In this document: positions 55,999 through 64,000 of the stretch, in pieces
Layout: each line of letters begins with the position of its first letter
Position numbering within the stretch: the first letter of the stretch is position 1
Assembly: GCF_009914755.1 (NCBI RefSeq)
Contig: NC_060929.1
Source of the DNA: the human T2T-CHM13v2.0 reference genome, Homo sapiens
Strand: one strand, 5' to 3'
Length of the DNA stretch: 64,000 nt
Notes under the pieces: generated by a model
Seen by the model: only the letters and a program-made list of their open reading frames with translations
Told to the model about the DNA's origin: nothing
The model's database searches: none
Position numbers and translations under genes: made by a program

Positions 55999-58900
55999 GA
56001 AACCTACTTTGGAGAATATACAGATTCCAGCGATAATGACTCAGTCCAGCTTAGAAATTCTGCTGAGTCTGTTTCAGAAGATGATACAACTGAATCACAG
56101 AATTATTTTGGCTCATTGAGAAAAAATAAAGGAAGTGGCACATGGGAGGAAAAGCCCAAATCACATGAAGCTATCCAAGCTCTGAATACATGGGAAGTAA
56201 ATAAAGTGACAACTTCTGGACTCGAGACTTTCACAGCAACACTGAGAGAATCTTCTGCCACACACTCCTTAGTTGGTGAAAAACACTGGACCACAGCATC
56301 TCGATCCATGAGTGATAGAAAAAGAGACATTTTACATGAGACAAAAACACAAATGGAGGTTAGGGAGATGGATAAGTCAGTACAAACTGAGAAGACCATT
56401 CATAAACTCACTCGAGGTCTATGCATTGAGAGATTGTCTGCCAGCCCTGCACAAGAGAAGGAAGCTGCCCCTGGGAAGTCTGAGTTGTGTTCTTCTCCCC
56501 TTGGCAAAAGGCCATTAAATGAACTCATGGAATCTGAAGGAAAAACCGTATTGTCTAAAATGATGGGATCGCCCAAATCAGAGTTTACTAAGTGGACACG
56601 AATTAATGAAATCACTTCTGAACCAGACCGTATCACAGTTTCTGGCCATTTTCACAGACTATCTAGAGAATTGGAAAAGGAAAAAGAAGATACTCAAGGG
56701 TTCACTTTAGGAGAATCACCTGAATCAGAAGATGATGACTCAGGTGATGGAATGGATGTAGCAGGGCTTGACATTGAAACCAGTTTTTCTTCCTCTTCTA
56801 CCTTGGTAGCATTGTCTGTTGGCAGTAATCCCCAGTCTTCTTCTGGGTTAGACTGTGGTAATGATACAGATATTACTACTAAAGTATTCTCTACTGAACC
56901 GCATCATTCAGAACATAAATTGCAAACTAAAACTTTAAACACATTACATCTGCAGTCTGAGCCACCGGAGTGTTCTATAGGAGGAAACAACTTGGAGAAT
57001 AGCTTGTGTGCCTTGAGCCCTGAATTGGGAGCATCTAATTTTAATGATCAGAAGAGCAGTGGGATAGAATATACAAAAGTAGTAAAAGGCTTGACCAAAA
57101 TACATTCACTTCCTCGGTCAGTATTTATGAAAGCTACAAAAGATGGGCAATGTGAAAGTCAAGATCCAAGAATTGAGCTCACACTAAATAAGCCAGATTT
57201 CACATCATTAATAGGTTCTCAGGCTGCCTTGATCAAGAGTGGTTTGGGTTTTGTTAAAAGTACTTCATGGCACCATAGTGATTTATTAAGGAAAGGTGGC
57301 GAAGAAAGTCTGAGAGCCAAATCAGAACATGAACAGAAGACTAGCCATCAGTTACAAAAGGCAATGCCATTCCTACAAAATAGAGGACCAACACCCAAGC
57401 CTGATCTTCTTAGAGAAAATAACAATCCTGTAGAATTCAAGACCACTGCATCGGTGTTGCCTAATCAAGTATCAGTTATCACAAAACAGACAAGACCTGA
57501 AAAGGTTCAGAGTGCCAAATTGGAACACTTGAGGCCACATAGGGTTGAGCCTACCTTAGTAACAGAAAATAGTGGCAACAAAACCGGTATGTCAACTATA
57601 GCAAAATGTGATGGGGAAAGAGATGATACAACACAAAACATCACGGAGGTGGCTGCTGTGAAAAGCATTTCACCAGAAGTTTCTGCCTCTAGGAGAAAAT
57701 TAGATTTTAATTCTCCAGGTGGTTCTTCACCAGTAGAAAATTCTGATTGTTCCACAAATAGCAGATTATCTTTCTCTCCTGAAAATATCCTCATCCAAAA
57801 CCAAGACATTGTGAGAGAAGCTGCAGTGCAGGGAGATGGGCAGAAGCAAAGGCAGCCTCAGGCCACAGATCTGGACTCCAGTGGGACACATGGCAGTGAG
57901 ATGCTTCCAGCCACAGAAGTGACTGTGTCAGGAGGGTTTTCTGTTGAAGAAACCAGCTGTGGAGACACAGGGAGATCTGGTGGTGAGGCCCTGGCTGTTG
58001 CAAATGATTCTACCAGCACACCACAAAATGCTAATGGACTTTGGAAATTGAAATCTACAACTCCCGGTGGTGCTTTGCCTGAGTGTTTTGGCACCACAGA
58101 CACTACTTTTTCTTCAGCATTTTGCAGAAAACATGGAGAGACACAGGATACCTCCCAAAGTAGCCTGCCTGGTACCTTACATTGTTACACAGGCATTCGA
58201 GAGGGGGGAGACGACACTGAGGTAGAGAGTGAGGCATTTAGCTGCAGTGAGGGGAGCGAACAGCAAGATGCTCCTGATGACTCACAGAAAAATTTAGGAG
58301 ACACAGATGCTGCTGTAGCCGAGGTGAGACCTTCCTTAGAGGTAGGTTATTTGACGTCAGCTCTGCAAGATTTTAACATAAGTACTTTTTCTGAGCTGGA
58401 TAGACTTTCCACATCAGAGGTTGTGATGTTTCTTGAGAGCTGTCAGTTAGGGGATTATAGTTCAGGGGACTCTGTTTCTGAATGTTCTAGTAAAGGAACC
58501 CTAAGTAAAGAAATGAACAAAGAATTAAAGGCAAGTGAAATAGGAGAAAAATACAGAAAGCAACCCTGTGAGGAAGAAACACTTGGAACCTGTGAAGAGT
58601 GGATTGAATCAGAGGAAGATGATTATTCGTTAAAAAATACAAGTCAGCTCACTCAGTGTTCTTTGGAAACTCTGTCTGAGGTTCTGACCAAGATTAGGCA
58701 AGAACTTCAAACAAATTCTGAAGATTGCAATGGTAAAGATACTGGCAGTTTATTGCTCTTAAATGTAAATAACAACATGACCACTGAGAATTTAAAAGAG
58801 AAAAGTCCATTTCGGGAAACGACTGGCTCCTCATCACATGCTTCAGAACCAACCCCACAAGCAGCTGCCTTGGACACTGAGGGCAGCTCTCCCATCAGCG

Positions 58901-60789
58901 GTATGCCTCAGAATGAAAACCCTCAGAGCAGACCAGAGGCCCGTTCAGATGCAGGCAGGCAAACCGATGGTGGGGAAGAAGACCTGCCAGAACCTGTGGA
59001 GCCATCAGCCTTGTGCTCTGACTCTGTGATGGAGCCATCCATAGAGCAAAGTTCTAACTGCGAGGCCGAAACAACATTTCAGTGTCAGATAGCAACAGTG
59101 ACCTCAGAAGTTATAAACGTACTTATAAATAAGGATCAGAATCTAGTCATTGAAAAGGGGGACAACTGGACAATCATCAGTGGTGTAGCTGTCTTGCCAC
59201 ATGTGGACCAGGTCACACTGTGTGACATTCCTGGAGACATCCCTATTTCTCAGGATCAAGGAGAGCTGGAAGCTGGTTGCATCCCAGTGACTTCTGCTGA
59301 GAAGTCCCCAGAGGCCAGTCACACTGGCCCTGCATTTCAGGAGGCTCCATGTGGCAATAATCTTTCATGTCCCCAAGAGGATGTTTCAAGCAGTGGTCAG
59401 AGCACCAACTTTGATAAGAGTCGTTTGCGAAATAGACCCGTTAAGCCTAGTATATGGATTAGTTCTCAAATCTATGATCAAAACTTCGAGACTCAGATTG
59501 TTGCGTCTGATCACACATATTATAACTCAAAACTAGAGCCATCTGGCAAAAATAAGAATCGATCAAAGATTTCAAACAAAGATCAGTCAAACAAACCAGT
59601 AAAAACTTCAGCGTCGAGCAGAGTTGAAACTCATCAGAGTGAAGTTGCTCAGTCATTTTCAGGGGAAAAAGCTAATACAAAAACTCAAAGAAGCCAAACT
59701 CAGACCATTTTAGCAAATGCTGATACATCCACTCCTACAGATTGTTCTCCTGACACACTGAGTAAAATACGGCAAGAGGTGGGGCCTCCTTTGCCGCCTC
59801 TGCTTGCTCCTCTGATAGCTACACCTCCAAGGACTTCACAGCCACTGTCTCCACTGATATCGAGTTCTAGTCCTTCCTCACCAGCCTCTCCTGTTGGCCA
59901 GGTTTCTCCCTTCCGTGAAACCCCAGTGCCTCCTGCCATGTCTCCATGGCCAGAGGACCCCAGACGTGCCTCTCCTCCAGATCCTTCTCCATCTCCATCT
60001 GCAGCTTCAGCCAGTGAGAGGGTAGTGCCGTCTCCTCTGCAGTTCTGTGCGGCCACGCCGAAGCACGCACTTCCTGTGCCTGGCCGACTCCCACCCTGTG
60101 CATCTGGCCACGCTGCTGTGGGAGGGCCTCAGGAGAATTCTGTGAAAATCCTTGACACCATGTATCCAGAGTTATCTGCCAGGGCCCGGACCCTCAACAT
60201 CCTCAAAGGGAATATTCAACTCACACGAGGTCCGCCTGCTGACTGTAAGAATTTACCGGGACCTGCCAGTGCTATGATAGGATTCAAAACGATCACTTCA
60301 GCAGCAACTGCTTTTGTCAAAACTGGGAGCAGCTCTGGTGGTGACTGTAACCAAGACAAGTCAAGAGATTTGGGGACTCAGCAGGATTCAAGCGGGAAAA
60401 GAACACTGTCAACGTCTACACTGAGAAGTGCTAAAAGACTGCGCCTGGACACTGGGTCCCCAGAACCAGAAACCAGGGGAGTCACTGCAGAAGGAATCCA
60501 CAAAAACCTCCCAGGGAACCTCCCTCCAGCTGAAGTTGCAACAACAAATGAGGAAAGAAGTTGTTCTAGTCCAGCCGTCAGTGCAGTTTCACAGTTGCCT
60601 TTAAGCCCAAAAGAAACTGTGGAGTCCCATGATAAAGCCATAGCTAATGCCCTGAAGAAAATTGCAGAGTTTTCTTTTGATCTGTTACCTGTCATTCGTA
60701 GTCATGTGTATGTGGGAAATATCTCCAAAAAGCCCGTAATGAGAGATCAAGAGAAGGAAGTTGTTTATGAATTTAGCACAACAAAAAAG
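55999..60789 (+). CDS. ICE1: ICE1 exon 13, giant 4791-nt exon (codons 368-1964)
   Basis: TTTTTAAG|GAAACC ... AAG|GTATGT; open for 1597 codons; overlaps the 1586-aa ORF. Confidence 0.97.
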
Positions 60790-61896
60790 GTATGTGGCTG
60801 CTCTTTTCTAAGTGCATTAGGGATTACATGTCCTCAAAGACAGATGCTGTTTACTGTCAGCAAAATGTGTAGATGACCATGAACAAAAGTTTTACTTCAA
60901 GGATGAGAGTTATCCATGTAAACATTACGACTATATTTCTAGCCAGCATTTTACAGATTTAAAATATGATAAGACACTGGAGATTTGGTCATTTCTATTC
61001 ATTAAATTACTTAAATTTTTTTAAAGTATCTGTCAGGACTAAAATTACATATATCCACTTGATCCTGGCATGTTTAGAGGCTTAAAATTATTTTCTTCAA
61101 AGCTTCAAATTATCACATAATTTTTCTTTTCCTTGAGTTTTTGTTACAAATCAAACAGGAGCAAATGCTTAGTGTCAAGAGAGGGAAAAAAGGGATGGTT
61201 TAAATTTAAATATGTAGTTTATTAGGACTTTTATAGTTCTATATTTTCTAAATATCCACTGGTACCTTGCTTGGATGACTTCTAGTGCTAGACGGATCAC
61301 ACTTAGTGCTTATCTGCAGACACTTGGAGTCATTTTGGCATAAATATTTATTTTTTTAGATTGCTTCCTTGCAGAAAGCATAAGGAGCTCCGTAAGTCAC
61401 TTTGAAAGGAAGTGAATGCATATATCAAATTATGTAATGCTCCTCTTAGGACGAAAAATGTTACTTAGTATTTTAAATTTAAACAGTATATAGAGTAAAT
61501 TAGAGTTTAGAAAACAAGAATGAGAGTAGAATTACATACTGTATTTCATATACTCACACAGATTACATAAGGCAAAACCCAAGAAATTATGATTATTTGA
61601 CTAGTGGTAGTGACAGTATGCAGCTAGGTCTTTTGAGACTTGCATTCTGGCATCTGCAGCATTTACCAGCCATAGGAAACAGACAGGCGTGGGGATTTCT
61701 TCAGTACCCCCGACCTCGATTCTCATGATTTACCATGCTAGGTAAGTTCTTACCAGTTACTATGCTCTACCTTCTGATGTAGCGCAAGTTTTATTTTTTC
61801 AATAGATACTTAAGTTTTGTAACTTTTAGATAATCTTTGGTAGGCTGAAGATAAGTATGAGTGTACATTGCCTTTTTAATTTTTTTTTCAATCCAG

Positions 61897-62065
61897 CATT
61901 TAGCAGAGTGCTTGCTTCACTCTATTCTCTCAGAACTAAAAATTCAGAAGATATCTATGGACCACAATTACATTCACGCCCTCTGCAGGGTGTATGTGGG
62001 TATTTGTCGGCAACTCGGAGACTTGGAAAGAGCTCGTTTGTTTTGCTACAGCCTACTTAAAGAAG
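61897..62065 (+). CDS. ICE1: ICE1 exon 14 (HLAECLLHSILSELKIQKISMDHNYIHALCRVYVGICRQLGDLERARLFCYSLLKE)
   Basis: TTTTCAATCCAG| ... AAG|GTATGC; 169 nt; helical C-terminal domain; gene continues beyond the window. Confidence 0.95.
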
Positions 62066-63389
62066 GTATGCTTAGATTGTGACAATTTTGTATTGAAAAT
62101 ATACGATTGCCTTTTTCCCTTATACTGGAGTCTATATTTTCAGCTCTGATTACTGTGTGTCTTTTAAAATAATGTTATGTTTTGTCCATTGAATAGCTTT
62201 AGCTATACCCAGCTGCACCTGGTCTTTAGTAGGGCTTACTTATATCAGCACTATATTTCCACTTGTAAATAAATGAGTATCTCTCATTACTGTGTATTTG
62301 TTCTATGCTCTGTGCAGCTGCTTTAGAATTAGATATAGTTGCCTTAAAGTATGGGATACTTTAAAGTAAGTGACAAGCCAAACTGCTGTACCACTAGGTG
62401 GAAAGGGCAGCAACTTTAAGATGGAATTGTAAGCTGATGAAAAGAAGTAGATGAGAGAAAGCTGAAAGGAGACGGTGACATGAGGGTTGTCCTTTGATTC
62501 TCTTTTCTCTTTACTATTTCTTCCATCCCTACTAGTGGATCAGACTGGGAATCATTCTTTGCTGTATCAAATCATCAGTATTTTTAAATCATATGATATA
62601 CAAATGAAACCTAGTATCGTATCAGTCTTATCTCAGTGGTAAACATTTACCATCTTTGACTACCATGTTTATGGGGCTTATAAATCAGGATAATTGAGTA
62701 TATCCATCACTTTTACTGTTGTGAACGAAGCTGTGAAGTGTTTCATTTGCCCACTTCATTTCTTTGTTTACTCTCTCAGTCATTCATTCAACAAATCATT
62801 ATGGAGTGAATGTTGGGATTTCTGTGGTGATTAAAATCAGATGGAGGTACACTTGTCCAGTGGGACTGACAGGCCATAGTCATATCACAAAAACACACAT
62901 GAAGTTCAGCAGTTGGTGGGTGGTGGGACGGAACGGGTGTGGGCTCGGCCAGGACCACGATGGATTTCTTCTTCTTCCTCAACCACAGCAAGCCCATTCT
63001 TAGCTCAAGCTTTTGTGCTGACAGCTTTCTTGCTCTGTTTCCCTCAACTCTTGTGTTTCACTCCATTAATTTCACATACCTTCCTAGTCATCCTGGATCC
63101 CTTATTTTTCTTTATTTGCCTTCCTGGCACTTACCACTTCTTAAAGATTAAATATTTTGTTTGCTGTCTCTCTGCTCCTCTAGCTTGTATACTCTGTAAG
63201 GAGAGAATTTATTTGTCTTGTTTCTACTCTGAAGTGTCACCAGATAAACATAGGATTCAAAAATTAACAGATGAAGTTTAGTGCAGTGAGTTTATGCTTT
63301 GAGCTATCTATTCTTAGATGTGTCAGTGATAGATAAAGTAGAACAAAGAAAACTAAAAAGATGTGATTGTACAGCAAACAGGATAAAAA

Positions 63390-63985
63390 TCTTTACTTTG
63401 GAAGGCTCTTTGACAGTTTCTTATGAAATTAAAACATTCATTTATCCTATGGCTCAGAAATTCCACTCAGGCACTTACGCAGCAGAAACACAGAGTTAGA
63501 TCATGACATCATTACATAAACTAGCACGCGGATGTAACATCTTGACTCATAGGAGCCCATAACTGGAAACAAATGTCCATCAGCAGGTGAATGGAAAACA
63601 TTTTGATATATCAAGCAGTTAAATACTACTTGGCTATACAAAGGAATAGACTACCAATGCATGCAACAACACGGATGAATGTCAAAACCAACATGCTGAG
63701 TGGGGAAGCCAGACAGAAGAAAGTACCTACTTCACAAATCCATGAATAAATATTTGAGAAAAGGCAAACTAATGTATAGTGACAATAGATCAGGGCTTCT
63801 CTGTATCTGGGGTGAGGTGATATACTGCAGAGCACGAGAGCGAGAGAAGTTTTGAAATGATGGTATTGACTGTTGTGGTGGTGGTTTCGTGGATTTAATC
63901 ATTTATCCAAATTCATTGAACTTTATACTTTAAAAGAGTTTATTTTATTGTCTGTAGACTACACTTCAATTAATTTTTAAAAAAG
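63390..63985 (+). mobile_element. Old L1M 3' fragment
   Basis: AAATGTCCATCAGCAGGTGAATGGA, CATGCAACAACACGGATGAAT, AGGCAAACTAATGTATAGTGACA. Confidence 0.75.
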
Positions 63986-64000
63986 AGACAAAGAGTGTAG

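Noticed and set aside
56103-60695. Antisense and alternative-frame ORFs within the giant exon
   Set aside because: Short (120 aa or less) shadows of the coding frame with no independent signals.
56116-60876. 1586-aa stand-alone ORF
   Set aside because: The start is a TTG inside exon 13 and the last ~28 codons are intronic; true bounds are 55999-60789.

Overview
Human-like (primate) genomic DNA containing the 5' ~44 kb of ICE1 (KIAA0947, scaffold of the little elongation complex that drives Pol II snRNA transcription; also linked to EJC/NMD) on the + strand. I traced 14 coding exons by hand (18478-62065, 6061 nt, 2020 full codons, frame continuous); the gene continues past the window end. They include a CpG-island first exon, ten small exons encoding an N-terminal coiled coil and a 4791-nt giant exon. 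The first ~17 kb and the introns are mostly Alu, L1, L2, MIR and MaLR LTR repeats; repeat family calls are from recall and boundaries are approximate. Most notable: intron 3 is a minor-spliceosome AT-AC intron followed by a 19-nt microexon, and co-skipping exons 3+4 would bypass it in frame. The intron also holds a second perfect U12 donor and an internal U12-like branch site. Other candidates are an Arg-rich uORF, a TATA/Inr upstream promoter, an intron-10 read-through/polyA isoform with a hydrophobic tail, and a 25-nt poison exon. These regulatory ideas are inferences that need transcript data. No CRISPR, tRNA or rRNA seen.
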